Shown here one piece after another: positions 17,549 to 27,388 of a stretch of 32,000 nucleotides of DNA. The DNA is from Sinorhizobium meliloti (GTDB lineage: Bacteria; Pseudomonadota; Alphaproteobacteria; Rhizobiales; Rhizobiaceae). The DNA is taken from positions 3,600,001-3,632,000 of the forward strand of contig NZ_JAGIOS010000001.1 in assembly GCF_017876815.1 (NCBI RefSeq), given 5' to 3'. Both the position numbers and the translations under genes were made by a program. The first letter of the stretch is position 1; every line of letters begins with the position of its first letter. Under the pieces are notes generated by a model. That model ran no database searches. It worked only from the letters and a program-made list of their open reading frames with translations, and had not been told where the DNA came from.

Positions 17549-19003
17549 TCAAGCGCTACGCGAGCTGCGGTACACCGAGACCCCGAGTTCGCGGATCTTC
17601 TTGCGCAGCGTATTGCGGTTGAGACCCAGGAGGTCGGCCGCCTTGATCTGGTTGCCGCGAGTCGCCGTCAGAGCCGCGAGGATCAGAGGATATTCCATTT
17701 CCGCAAGGACGCGATCGTAGAGGCCGGAGGGCGGTAAGGCATCGCCAAAGCTCGCGAAATACTGCCGCATGTTTTCCTCGACCGCCTGCGATATCGACAG
17801 CGAGCCCGAGCGCGCCGCGGCCTTCTCGATCGGGCTGTCCGGGATCTCCGAACGCAGTTCGTTCTCGATGATTTCGCGGGTAATGACATCCTGTGGATAA
17901 AGTGCCGTCAGACGGCGAACGAGGTTCTCGAGCTCGCGCACATTGCCCGGCCAGGGATGCGCCTTCATCAATTCGAGCGCCTCCTGATCGAAGCGCTTGA
18001 CGTCGAGCCCTTCCTTTTCGGCCTGCTGGACGAAATGGCGGACAAGGTCCGGGATGTCTTCGGCGCGGTCTCTCAGGGGCGGCAGACGCAGGGGCACGAC
18101 ATTCAGGCGATAGTAGAGGTCTTCGCGGAAAAGGCCCTGATTGATCGATTGTTTCAGGTCCTTGTTGGTGGCAGCGACGATGCGGACATCCGAGCGGATC
18201 GGCGTGCGTCCGCCGACGGTCGTATACTCGCCCTGCTGCAGCACGCGCAGGAGACGCGTCTGCGCATCCATCGGCATGTCGCCGATTTCGTCGAGGAAGA
18301 GCGTCCCCCCTTCGGCCTGCTCGAAGCGCCCGGTGGAGCGCGTCTGGGCGCCGGTAAAAGCCCCCTTCTCATGACCGAACAGTTCCGACTCGATGAGGTC
18401 GCGCGGGATCGCCGCCATGTTGATGGCGACGAAGGGGCCATTTCTCCGCTTGCCATAGTCGTGCAGTGCACGGGCAACGAGTTCCTTGCCGGTGCCGGAC
18501 TCGCCGGTGATCATCAGCGTGAGGTCGGTCTGCATCAGCCGCGCAAGCACGCGGTAGATTTCCTGCATGGCGGCGGAACGGCCGACCAGCGGCATCCCGT
18601 CCTGCGAATCGTCCTCGAGTTTGGAGGGCCGTCGCTTCGGTTCGGCGAGCGCCCGGCCGATGATGCCGATCAGCTCCGTCAGATCGAACGGCTTCGGCAG
18701 ATAATCGTAAGCGCCCTTCTCCGAAGCCTTGATGGCCGTCATGAAGGTATTTTGAGCGCTCATCACGAGAACCGGCAGATCCGGCCGTGCCTTCTTGATC
18801 CGTGGCAGGAGATCGAAGGCGTTTTCATCCGGCATCACGACATCGGTCACGACCAGGTCGCCGTCGCCGGCTGCTATCCAGCGCCAGAGGGTTGCGGCAT
18901 TGGAGGTGATGCGCACATCGTATCCGGCACGGCTGAGCGCCTGGTTCAGCACGGTGCGAATGGCTGCGTCGTCATCCGCGACGAGGATCGTTGCGCCCGT
19001 CAT
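17549..19003 (-). CDS. ntrC: sigma-54-dependent response regulator NtrC
   Basis: 484 aa. Receiver [11 protein letters not shown]. Walker [15 protein letters not shown] is present ([13 protein letters not shown]). C-terminal [25 protein letters not shown]. The start overlaps the ntrB stop (ATGA). Confidence 0.95.
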   Translation of the reverse strand: MTGATILVADDDAAIRTVLNQALSRAGYDVRITSNAATLWRWIAAGDGDLVVTDVVMPDENAFDLLPRIKKARPDLPVLVMSAQNTFMTAIKASEKGAYDYLPKPFDLTELIGIIGRALAEPKRRPSKLEDDSQDGMPLVGRSAAMQEIYRVLARLMQTDLTLMITGESGTGKELVARALHDYGKRRNGPFVAINMAAIPRDLIESELFGHEKGAFTGAQTRSTGRFEQAEGGTLFLDEIGDMPMDAQTRLLRVLQQGEYTTVGGRTPIRSDVRIVAATNKDLKQSINQGLFREDLYYRLNVVPLRLPPLRDRAEDIPDLVRHFVQQAEKEGLDVKRFDQEALELMKAHPWPGNVRELENLVRRLTALYPQDVITREIIENELRSEIPDSPIEKAAARSGSLSISQAVEENMRQYFASFGDALPPSGLYDRVLAEMEYPLILAALTATRGNQIKAADLLGLNRNTLRKKIRELGVSVYRSSRSA

Positions 19004-20148
19004 CCATTGGTTCCTTTTGTCATCGGAGTTTCTTCATCGGCCGCCAGCCCCTTGGATGCCGGCATGAGAACGCGGAAGGTCGTGCGGCTATGCTGGCTGT
19101 CGCATTCGACGATGCCGCCGTGGCCGCCGATGATCTTGGCCACAAGCGCCAGGCCGAGACCGGACCCGTTCGTCTTGGTGGTGATGAACGGGTCGAAAAG
19201 ATGCGGCAGCAGATCGGGAGGGACGCCCGGACCGTTGTCATGCACGCAGAATTCCAGAGGCAGCGAGATCTTTTCGCGCGTTCCGGCGACCGAAAGGCGA
19301 ATGCCCGGCCGATAGGCCGTCGTCAGCAAAATCTCGCCGTCCGCCCTGTCGCCGATCGCCTCGGCCGCGTTCTTGATCAGATTCAGGAAGACCTGAACCA
19401 ACTGGTCGCGGTTCGCGAAAACCGGGGGAAGCGACGGATCGTAATGTTCCGATATCTTGATTCTCCGGGCAAAGCCGGCCTTGGCGATCGCCTTGACGTG
19501 GTCGAGCACCGCATGGATGTTGAGCGGCAGGCGGTCGACCGGGCGCTCGTCGGAGAAGACCTCCATCCGGTCTACGAGCGAGACGATGCGGTCCGTTTCG
19601 TCGCAGATCAGTCTCGTCAGGGCGCGATCCTCGTCATTGACGGAGGTTTCCAGGAGCTGCGCGGCGCCGCGAATGCCCGAAAGCGGATTCTTGATCTCGT
19701 GGGCGAGCATCGAAGCAAGGCCGGTAACGGACCGCGCTGCGGCACGGTGGGTGAGCTGGCGGTCGATCTTGTCCGCCATCGACCGTTCCTGAAAGACGAT
19801 CACCACCGATCCGGGTTGCGACAGTACCGGGGCCACATAGAGGTCGACGAGCTTGTCGGCTCCAAGGCGCGGAGAGCTGAGGTCCACCCGGTACTCGTTG
19901 ACCGCCGCCCGACGCTCGCGAACCTGCTCGATCAGCGTCAGGAGCGGGCTGCCGAATGGAATGAAAGCGCTGATATCGTGGCGCGCAAGATGGTTGGCGC
20001 TGGCCCCGAAGAAGGATTCGGCCTCCCAGTTCGCAAAGGCGACGAAGCCGTTCTCGTCCACCAGGATGACCGGATTCTGGATCGCGTTCAGCACGGCCAT
20101 GGAAAGATCGTTGGCACCTTCCACCGGTGCCGTTGCCTTCTCGGTCAT
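19000..20148 (-). CDS. ntrB: nitrogen-regulation sensor histidine kinase NtrB
   Basis: H-box [17 protein letters not shown] and G-box [19 protein letters not shown] chose the internal ATG at 20148 ([10 protein letters not shown], 382 aa) because it forms ATGA with the dusB stop. The upstream 101 codons of the ORF are Arg/Cys-rich and overlap dusB. Confidence 0.88.
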   Translation of the reverse strand: MTEKATAPVEGANDLSMAVLNAIQNPVILVDENGFVAFANWEAESFFGASANHLARHDISAFIPFGSPLLTLIEQVRERRAAVNEYRVDLSSPRLGADKLVDLYVAPVLSQPGSVVIVFQERSMADKIDRQLTHRAAARSVTGLASMLAHEIKNPLSGIRGAAQLLETSVNDEDRALTRLICDETDRIVSLVDRMEVFSDERPVDRLPLNIHAVLDHVKAIAKAGFARRIKISEHYDPSLPPVFANRDQLVQVFLNLIKNAAEAIGDRADGEILLTTAYRPGIRLSVAGTREKISLPLEFCVHDNGPGVPPDLLPHLFDPFITTKTNGSGLGLALVAKIIGGHGGIVECDSQHSRTTFRVLMPASKGLAADEETPMTKGTNG

Positions 20149-21173
20149 GCCGCAATCTCCTCCCTCGCCGCCGCCCCGCCGGAGCGAACAATGGCGGCTA
20201 CCACGCTGTCGCGTACGAAACCCGTCTCGGTCGATGTCAGAATCGCGGCTTTCTCCGAAGCGGGAAGCTCGGGCGCGAAACGATCGAGATACCAGCCCGC
20301 ATGTTTGCGGGCGGTCCGCAGCCCGACCTCCACGCCGTAGAATTCGAGCATCATCTCGTAATGCTCCGCGAATATGCGGGCGACGCCCGACGCATCCGGG
20401 TGAGCAGCAGCGCCGGCGAGAACGCCAGCATGCCACGGCCGTCCCTGGCACGATCGACCGACCATGACGGCGTCCGCGCCCGACCGACGCAGGATCTCAT
20501 GCGCATCCGCAACCGAATCCACATCGCCATTGGCAATCAGCGGGATGGAGACCACCTCGCGGACGGCCCCGATCGCATCCCAATCGGCTTTGCCGTTGTA
20601 GAATTGCATGCGTGTTCGTCCGTGAATGGTGATCGCCTTCACGCCTGCCTCCTCGGCCCTTCGGGCAATCAGCGGCGCATTGATCGAATTCTCATCCCAG
20701 CCGAGGCGCATCTTGAGCGTTACCGGGACCGTGGCTGCTTTGACCGTCGCTTCGATCAGCGAAAGCGCATGATCCGGATCGCGCATCAGCGCAGATCCGG
20801 AATAGCCGCCGGTGACCTTCTTCGCGGGACAGCCCATGTTGATGTCGATGATATCGGCGCCATTGGCCTCGACGATCCTCGCCGCCTCGGCCATCCAGTG
20901 CGCTTCACGCCCGGCGAGTTGCACGATGTGCGGATCGATGCCGGAATTCTTCAGCCGCGCCCAGGATTCGGCGGCGTTACCGACCAGTTCGCGGCTCGCC
21001 ACCATCTCGGTCACGACGAACCCCGCGCCGAAACGCCAGGCAAGCATGCGAAAGGGCAGATCCGTCACGCCGGACATCGGCGCGAGCGCTACGCGATTGC
21101 GGATTTCGACATTCCCGATCAGAAGCGAGGGTGAAAAAGCCGTCGAGGGCAAATGCATATCTTTCAGGCACAT
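20145..21173 (-). CDS. dusB: tRNA-dihydrouridine synthase B (NifR3 family)
   Basis: Motifs [24 protein letters not shown] and TIHGRTR. An alternative ATG lies at 21158. This is the classic nifR3-ntrB-ntrC arrangement. Confidence 0.88.
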   Translation of the reverse strand: MCLKDMHLPSTAFSPSLLIGNVEIRNRVALAPMSGVTDLPFRMLAWRFGAGFVVTEMVASRELVGNAAESWARLKNSGIDPHIVQLAGREAHWMAEAARIVEANGADIIDINMGCPAKKVTGGYSGSALMRDPDHALSLIEATVKAATVPVTLKMRLGWDENSINAPLIARRAEEAGVKAITIHGRTRMQFYNGKADWDAIGAVREVVSIPLIANGDVDSVADAHEILRRSGADAVMVGRSCQGRPWHAGVLAGAAAHPDASGVARIFAEHYEMMLEFYGVEVGLRTARKHAGWYLDRFAPELPASEKAAILTSTETGFVRDSVVAAIVRSGGAAAREEIAA

Positions 21174-21321
21174 GAAAATCTTGCACTATTTTTAGACATT
21201 GTTCTTCTGCTTGCCAAGCCTTTTCGACGCGCGGGACAAAATTCCTCGCATGGCTGGCCATGGCAGGACCTTCGCGGTACATCACGGCGAATATTGGCGA
21301 ATGCGGGACCACATACAGAAG

Positions 21322-22554
21322 ATGCAAGGCGAAGAACAGTTCTCCTGCGGCGTCGTGATCGTTGCGGCCGGCCGCGGCGAGCGCGCCGGCCAGTCGGCCG
21401 AGGGACCGAAGCAATACCGCACGATCGGTGATCGGCCCGTTATCGCCCATACGCTTGACATTTTCGCGACATGGCCCGGAGCGGGACCTGTCGTCGTCGT
21501 GATCCACCCCGATGACGAAGAGCTGTTCGCGGCGGCCCGCAAGCGGATGGCCGGGGCCTTGGAGCTGACGGTGGTCCACGGCGGAGCGACGCGCCAGCTT
21601 TCGGTGCTCGCCGGGCTGGAAGCGGTCGCCGCTACCGGCGTGGAATACGTGATGATCCACGACGCGGTGCGCCCCTTTTTCGATCACACACTGCTCGATC
21701 GCTGCGGTGCGGCGCTTCGTGACGGCGCCCAGGCCCTCCTGCCGGCAATTGCGGTCGCCGACACGCTGAAGCGTACGAAGGCGGCCGGCCTCGTTGCCGA
21801 GACCGTTCCGCGAACCGATCTCTACGCCGCACAGACGCCGCAGTGCTTCCGCCTCGAGCCGATCCTCTCCGCTCACCGGCGAGCGGCGGCAAGCGGCAGG
21901 TCCGACTTTACGGACGACGCCTCTATCGCCGAATGGGCCGGCATCCCCGTCCTTCTGGTGGAAGGAGCCGTGGACAATTTCAAGTTGACACTCCGGAGGG
22001 ACCTGTCGATGGCAGACGAGAAACTGACCCGCATGGCCATTCCCGATGTGCGCACCGGCAACGGATATGACGTGCATCAACTCGTGGACGGCGACGGCGT
22101 CACCCTCTGTGGTGTCTTCATCCCCCACGGCCGCAAACTCTCCGGCCATTCCGACGCGGACGTAGCCCTGCACGCCTTGACGGACGCCCTGCTCGCCACT
22201 TGCGGCGCCGGCGACATCGGCGACCACTTCCCGCCATCCGACCCGCAGTGGAAGGGCGCGCCTTCGCGCATCTTTCTCGAGCACGCTGCGCGGATCGTCC
22301 GCGAGCGCGGCGGCACTGTTACCAATGCCGACATATCGCTGATTGCCGAGGCGCCCAAGGTCGGGCCGCATCGTCAGCAGATGCGCGAAAACCTTGCGGC
22401 GATACTCGGTATTTCGCTCGACCGCTGTTCGATCAAGGCGACGACCAACGAGAAACTCGGCTTTGTCGGGCGGAACGAAGGAATTGCGGCGATCGCCACC
22501 GCGACCGTCGTCTATGCATCACGGAGCAAGCCCGATGTGGACGACCGATACTGA
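21322..22554 (+). CDS. ispDF: bifunctional 2-C-methyl-D-erythritol 4-phosphate cytidylyltransferase / MEcPP synthase IspDF
   Basis: IspD motif [12 protein letters not shown]. IspF half GNGYDVHQL...[12 protein letters not shown] chose the ATG at 21322 (410 aa). ATG 21301 and the ORF start at 21199 are alternatives. Confidence 0.85.
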
Positions 22555-23032
22555 AGAGAAAGCGCGGGCCATAATCCAGGATTTCACCTCCCGCGGACTT
22601 AAACTGGCGACCGCGGAGTCCTGCACCGGCGGCCTGATCGCCGGCGCCTTGACGGGAATCGCAGGCTCGTCCTCCGTCGTCGACCGCGGCTTCGTCACCT
22701 ATTCCAACGAAGCGAAGGTCGAGATGCTCGGCGTGAACCCCGCAACGCTTGCCGCACATGGCGCCGTCTCGCGTGAAACGGCGATGGAGATGGCGCGCGG
22801 CGCGGTTTTGCGCTCAGCCGCCGATATCGCCATAGCCGTCACGGGCATAGCCGGGCCGGGCGGCGGCTCCGCCGAGAAGCCCGTCGGCCTCGTTCACCTC
22901 GCCGCTGCCGCTCGCGACGGCGCGATGATTCACCGGGAAATGCGCTACGGCGACATCGGCCGGCCTGCGGTGCGGCTTGCCACCGTGCACACGGCGCTCG
23001 ATCTGGTCGCAGAGCTGGCTCACGCTCCGTAG
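22535..23032 (+). CDS. CinA C-terminal-domain protein (nicotinamide-nucleotide amidase PncC-like)
   Basis: Motif [19 protein letters not shown] at 22535 ([10 protein letters not shown], 165 aa) overlaps the ispDF end by 20 nt. The upstream part of ORF 22343.. is out-of-frame ispDF sequence. Confidence 0.8.
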
Positions 23033-23469
23033 ATCACATCCGCCCGCTTTTCGAATGCTTCGGAGAACATGCGGAAGGCGCGATCGAACATCGAGCCCAT
23101 GAGCGCGCCCAGAAGGCGGCTCTTGAATTCATAGTCTATGCAGAAGTGTACGATCGACTGGCTTTCGTCCACGGGCTCGAAACGCCAGACATTGTCGAGG
23201 TACTTGAACGGACCCTCGATATAGTTGACGTCGATGATCCGCTCTTCCCGTTTGAGAAGCACCTGGGTCGTGAATGTTTCCCGGATCGCCTTGTAGCCGA
23301 CCGTCATGTCGGCAAGCAGCAGCACCTTGCCGTCGCGCTCCTTGCGCGAGCGTACGCTCAGCGCTTCGCAAAGGGGCAGGAACTCCGGATAACGCTCGAC
23401 ATCGGCAACGAGAGCGAACATCTGCTCGGCCGAGTGCTTGACGACGTGGTTGGTTTCGAAATGCGGCAT
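23020..23469 (-). CDS. SRPBCC/START-fold protein (RatA / COQ10-like, polyketide_cyc2)
   Basis: 149 aa, MPHFETNHVVKHSAEQMFALVADVERYPEFLPLCE..., typical of the family. Its 3' end overlaps the cinA-like 3' end by 13 nt (convergent). Confidence 0.8.
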   Translation of the reverse strand: MPHFETNHVVKHSAEQMFALVADVERYPEFLPLCEALSVRSRKERDGKVLLLADMTVGYKAIRETFTTQVLLKREERIIDVNYIEGPFKYLDNVWRFEPVDESQSIVHFCIDYEFKSRLLGALMGSMFDRAFRMFSEAFEKRADVIYGA

Positions 23470-23672
23470 GAATTTGAGTTAAGGCCCCAGCGCCGGAAGA
23501 TCAAGGAGGCGGCGCATTTGTGCCGGCTTGTTGCGGCAGACTGCTCATGCGAACGATATTCGACCTTGATGCTATATGTTCGCATGGCGCCCTATGCTGG
23601 CAAAGGAATTCGCCTTTCGTAACTCACCGCGTTTCCTCTATTCTGCGCGAGCTTCCTTTCGCACGAGATATT

Positions 23673-24251
23673 ATGGACGAAGAGCAACAACTCGAAATTC
23701 TGTCGCCGGTCACCGATCTTGGCTTTGTCCGAATCCTCTTGGCCGACCTGCATGACGAGCTGCCTTCAAAGGTTGCTCGGTTCCGCCAATTGGCGGACCT
23801 CTCGACGTCCCTCGGCGCAAACGGCACGATGTTCACCGGAGGCGAGACGACATATCTTGCTTGGACAGAAGCCAGATCGAGCTTCGTTCATGGAAACTAC
23901 ATCGCGACCGTGATGTTATGCCAAGGGCTTGCAGAACATCTTTTGGCATCATACCTGGAACTCGGAATTGACGGGGAACAACTGCCGCCAAGGGTCAAAT
24001 TTCCTATTACCCTCGAACGATGCTTGAGCCGGGGGATCATCGTCGACGCCGACGTCAAAGATCTTCACCGTCTCATGAAATTGCGCAACCCACTGTCGCA
24101 TTATAGGAATATTGATGATCCCTCGAACTTGACGCACCGAGCCCTCGAAAATCAATCGCCAGCCGCCGACCACGTTAGGGGTGACGCAAGCTTTGCCTTG
24201 TCGGTAGCGGTCCGATTGCTTTCGCTGCCGGCATTCAGGGTCGATAAATGA
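23673..24251 (+). CDS. hypothetical protein with HEPN-like signature (putative RNase/defence or toxin-type domain)
   Basis: 192 aa from ATG 23673. An in-frame GTG at 23520, 10 nt after AAGGAGG, is an alternative start. EARSSFVHGNYIATVMLCQGLAEHLLASYL resembles the HEPN helix 1-2 pattern, and LMKLRNPLSHY contains R-N-x3-H (Rx4-6H). GC and codon GC3 are lower than in the neighbours by hand count. Confidence 0.6.
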   Translation: MDEEQQLEILSPVTDLGFVRILLADLHDELPSKVARFRQLADLSTSLGANGTMFTGGETTYLAWTEARSSFVHGNYIATVMLCQGLAEHLLASYLELGIDGEQLPPRVKFPITLERCLSRGIIVDADVKDLHRLMKLRNPLSHYRNIDDPSNLTHRALENQSPAADHVRGDASFALSVAVRLLSLPAFRVDK

Positions 24252-24322
24252 GCGCCTCATGCGCGTCCTGCTCAAGTGATTGGTGCGCCGCACTTGTTGA
24301 ATTTGGCAGCATGTCGCGAATG

Positions 24323-24481
24323 CCCCTCATCCGCCTGCCGGCACCTTCTCCCCATTATGATGGGGAGAAGGGACTCGCCGAGCCGTCCCGATCCTCATCG
24401 GGTAAACGAGTGCCGGGTGTTGCCACGGGTTCCCTTCGCCCCGCCTGCGGGGAGAAGGTGGCCGGCAGGCCGGATGAGGGG
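24323..24481. repeat. inverted pair of family-B REP-like elements (MITE/RIME-like) between convergent genes
   Basis: Left copy: 24323-24372, cccctcatccgcctgccggcaccttctcccc-attatgat-ggggagaaggg. Right copy: 24432-24481, cccttcgccccgc-ctgc-ggggagaaggtggccggcaggccggatgagggg. The two are mutually inverted around a spacer of about 59 bp. Same family as 188-235. Confidence 0.8.
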
Positions 24482-24495
24482 CGGAAGCAGGCGGA

Positions 24496-25464
24496 CTACT
24501 CCGCCGCAGCCAGCTTCCTTTCGCGCGCCGCCTTCAGCCTTGCGAAGTCGTCGCCGGCATGGTGGGACGAGCGGGTCAGCGGGCTTGAGGAAACCATCAG
24601 GAAGCCCTTGGTGTAGGCGACCGTCTCGTAGGACTTGAATTCTTCCGGAGTGACGAATTTCTCGACCTTGTGATGCTTGCGGCTCGGCTGCAGATATTGG
24701 CCGATCGTCAGGAAATCGACATCGGCGGTACGCAGGTCGTCCATCAGCTGCAGCACTTCGTTGCGCTCCTCGCCGAGGCCGACCATGATGCCCGACTTGG
24801 TGAACATTGTGGGGTCGAGTTCCTTCACGCGCTGCAGAAGCCGGATCGAATGGAAATAGCGCGCGCCCGGCCGGACCGTCAGGTAGTTGGACGGAACCGT
24901 TTCGAGATTGTGGTTGAAAACGTCCGGCTTGGCGGCCACGACACGCTCCAGCGCGCCGGGCTTGCGGAGGAAATCGGGCGTCAGGATTTCGATCGTGGTT
25001 TCCGGCGAGGCTTCCCGGATCGCGAAGATGACCTTCTCGAAATGCTCGGCGCCGCCGTCGTCGAGGTCGTCGCGGTCGACGGAGGTGATGACGACATGGC
25101 TCAGGCCCATCTGCTTCACCGCCTTGGCGACATTTGCGGGCTCGTCCAGATCGAGGGCATTGGGCTTGCCGGTCGCGACGTTGCAGAAGGCACAGGCACG
25201 CGTGCAGATCTCGCCCATGATCATGAACGTCGCGTGCTTCTTGTCCCAGCACTCGCCGATGTTAGGGCATCCGGCTTCCTCGCAGACCGTAACGAGCTTG
25301 TGGCTCTTCACGATCGAGCGGGTCTCCTGGTATCCCTTCGAGGTCGGTGCCTTCACACGGATCCAGTCCGGCTTGCGCAGGACCTCGGTGTCGGGCCGGT
25401 GGGCCTTTTCCGGGTGGCGAACACGCTGCGCCCGATCCGAGACGGCGTCGAAAACCGTTACCAT
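24496..25464 (-). CDS. lipA: lipoyl synthase (radical SAM)
   Basis: Motifs [12 protein letters not shown] and [10 protein letters not shown] (CxxxCxxC). ATG at 25464 (MVTVFDAV, 322 aa) is preceded by gaaggaag. The 16 upstream codons of the ORF are unlikely to be translated. Confidence 0.92.
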   Translation of the reverse strand: MVTVFDAVSDRAQRVRHPEKAHRPDTEVLRKPDWIRVKAPTSKGYQETRSIVKSHKLVTVCEEAGCPNIGECWDKKHATFMIMGEICTRACAFCNVATGKPNALDLDEPANVAKAVKQMGLSHVVITSVDRDDLDDGGAEHFEKVIFAIREASPETTIEILTPDFLRKPGALERVVAAKPDVFNHNLETVPSNYLTVRPGARYFHSIRLLQRVKELDPTMFTKSGIMVGLGEERNEVLQLMDDLRTADVDFLTIGQYLQPSRKHHKVEKFVTPEEFKSYETVAYTKGFLMVSSSPLTRSSHHAGDDFARLKAARERKLAAAE

Positions 25465-25539
25465 GTGTCTTCCTTCATAGTGACGGGCAAGCGGCAGCAA
25501 GGCCGCCCGCACCTTGTCGCCTTATATAAACAGCCGGAC

Positions 25540-25576
25540 ATGAAAAGTCAGGCCACCATTTGCATGGCAGCCTGAC
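25540..25576 (-). terminator. putative intrinsic terminator after the GlsB-like gene
   Basis: Minus-strand hairpin gtcaggc-(16 nt with inner ccat/atgg pairing)-gcctgac at 25547-25576, followed by TTTTCA. Confidence 0.5.
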
Positions 25577-25598
25577 GGCAAACGAATGGTGAATGGCC

Positions 25599-25850
25599 CT
25601 ACCCTCGGACGGCGCGGCCCGCCGCGATCAACAGGCATGCGCCGATGAATCCGATGATGAGATAGGCGATCCAGCCGGTGTAGGCCATGCCCAGGGCCGC
25701 GAGAATGAAATTCAATACCACGGCGCCGATAATGCCGAGGATGATGTTCGCGAACAGCCCCATCTGGCTGTTCATGAATTTTTCCGCCAGCCAGCCGGCA
25801 AGCCCGCCGATGATGATCGCCGCCAGGATACCTACGCCATTCAAGCTCAT
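25599..25850 (-). CDS. GlsB/YeaQ/YmgE-family (transglycosylase-associated) small membrane protein
   Basis: 83 aa from ATG 25850, preceded by ggggagg. Glycine-zipper hydrophobic sequence GILAAIIIGGLAGWLAEKF...GIIGAVVLNFIL. Confidence 0.8.
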   Translation of the reverse strand: MSLNGVGILAAIIIGGLAGWLAEKFMNSQMGLFANIILGIIGAVVLNFILAALGMAYTGWIAYLIIGFIGACLLIAAGRAVRG

Positions 25851-25892
25851 GAGAACCTCCCCGCATTGTAGATGCCATGCAATCAATGCGTG

Positions 25893-25916
25893 AAAAAGCC
25901 GAAAGTTCCGGACGGC
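25893..25916 (-). terminator. possible weak intrinsic terminator after lpdA
   Basis: Minus strand reads gccgtccggaactttcggc followed by TTTTT. The stem is short and imperfect. Confidence 0.35.
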
Positions 25917-25925
25917 CGCGCGTCA

Positions 25926-27371
25926 TCAGGCGTTCAATACTCTGCCGTAGGCATCGAGCACGCTTTCCTTCATCATCTCCGAAAGGGTCGGGTGCGGGAA
26001 CACCGTGTGCATCAGTTCCTCTTCGGTCGTCTCCAGGTTCATGGCGACGACGAAGCCCTGGATGAGTTCGGTCACTTCGGCCCCTACCATGTGCGCGCCG
26101 ATCAGTTCGCCGGTCTTCTTGTCGAAGATGGTCTTGATCAGGCCCTGGTCTTCGCCGAGCGCGATCGCCTTGCCGTTTGCGCCGAAGCTGTATCGGCCGA
26201 CGCGGATGTCGCGGCCGAGTTCCTTGGCCTTCGCTTCCGTGAGGCCCACGGAGGCGACCTGCGGGTCGCAATAGGTGCAGCCCGGGATCTTGCCCTTGTC
26301 AAGCGCGTGCACGCCGGGAACCCCGGCAATCTTCTCGACGCAGATGACGCCCTCATGCTCGGCCTTGTGCGCCAGCATCGGCGGCCCGGCGACGTCGCCG
26401 ATCGCATAGATGCCCGCGACATTGGTCTTGCCGTAGCCATCGGTGACGATGCAGCCGCGGTCGGTCTTCACGCCGAGGGCCTCGAGGCCGAGATTCTCGA
26501 TGTTGCCCTGAACGCCGACGGCGGAGATCAGACGGTCCGCCTTGATCGGCGTGACCTTGCCGTCCTTCGTCTCAACATGCGCCGTGACGTCGTTCGCGCC
26601 CTTCTCGACCTTCGTCACCTTGGCATCGGTGATGATCTTCAGGCCGCGCTTTTCGAGCTGCTTACGGGCGAAAGCGGAAATTTCCGCATCCTCGACCGGC
26701 ATGATCTGCGGCAGCAGTTCGACGACGGTCACGTCGACGCCCATCGAGCGGTAGAAGCTCGCGAATTCGATGCCGATCGCGCCGGAGCCCATGACGAGCA
26801 GCGACTTCGGGAATTCCTCCGGCTTCATCGCCTCGAAATAGGTCCAGATCAGCTTGCCGTCCGGCTCGATGCCGGGGAGCGCGCGCGGGCGCGCGCCGGT
26901 TGCGACGATGATGTGCTTGGCCGTATAGGTCCCCTCTCCCTTGACGCCCTTCGGAACCGGGTTCTGCGGCTGGACGGCTGGCTTGGACGGCGCGCCGACG
27001 ACGATCTCGCCGGGTTTGGTGAGCTTCGCCTCGCCCCAGATCACGTCCACCTTGTTCTTCTTCATCAGGAAGGCGACGCCGCCGTTCAGCCGCGCGGAGA
27101 CACCGCGCGAGCGGGCAACGACATCCTTGACGTTGGCGGTGATCTTGCCTTCGAGGGTCAGGCCGTAGTTCTTGGCATGGTTGGCATGGTCGAGAATTTC
27201 GGCGGAGCGCAAAAGCGCCTTGGTCGGAATGCAGCCCCAGTTGAGGCAGATCCCGCCCAGATGCTCCCGCTCGACGATCGCCGTCTTCAAGCCCAGCTGC
27301 GCCGAACGAATGGCGGTCACGTATCCGCCCGGACCCGAACCGACAACGATAACGTCGTAATTCTCAGCCAT
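25926..27371 (-). CDS. lpdA: dihydrolipoyl dehydrogenase (E3 of pyruvate dehydrogenase complex)
   Basis: FAD motif VVGSGPGGY and redox disulfide CLNWGCIPTK. ATG at 27371 (MAENYDVIVVG, 481 aa) is preceded by aaggtagga. Confidence 0.93.
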   Translation of the reverse strand: MAENYDVIVVGSGPGGYVTAIRSAQLGLKTAIVEREHLGGICLNWGCIPTKALLRSAEILDHANHAKNYGLTLEGKITANVKDVVARSRGVSARLNGGVAFLMKKNKVDVIWGEAKLTKPGEIVVGAPSKPAVQPQNPVPKGVKGEGTYTAKHIIVATGARPRALPGIEPDGKLIWTYFEAMKPEEFPKSLLVMGSGAIGIEFASFYRSMGVDVTVVELLPQIMPVEDAEISAFARKQLEKRGLKIITDAKVTKVEKGANDVTAHVETKDGKVTPIKADRLISAVGVQGNIENLGLEALGVKTDRGCIVTDGYGKTNVAGIYAIGDVAGPPMLAHKAEHEGVICVEKIAGVPGVHALDKGKIPGCTYCDPQVASVGLTEAKAKELGRDIRVGRYSFGANGKAIALGEDQGLIKTIFDKKTGELIGAHMVGAEVTELIQGFVVAMNLETTEEELMHTVFPHPTLSEMMKESVLDAYGRVLNA

Positions 27372-27388
27372 GTTTTTCCTACCTTTGG

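Noticed and set aside
20149-20451. Upstream extension of the ntrB ORF to 483 aa, and similar extensions of cinA-like (22343-22534), ispDF (21199-21321), lipA, lpdA, pdhB, fpr and DUF2849
   Set aside because: The extensions overlap the preceding gene or intergenic DNA and have atypical composition. Internal ATGs have SD-like sequences or ATGA coupling and give family-typical lengths.
23020-23469. Treating the RatA-like gene as a type II toxin-antitoxin locus
   Set aside because: There is no adjacent small antitoxin ORF. This SRPBCC/COQ10-like gene is a conserved neighbour of lipA in alphaproteobacteria, so a housekeeping role is more likely.
24395-25252. ORF of 285 aa (and 25522..26271, 249 aa) on the same strand as lipA and the lpdA region
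   Set aside because: They are out-of-frame overlaps of lipA and of GlsB-like/lpdA. They are extremely Arg/Pro/Gly-rich and have no motifs.
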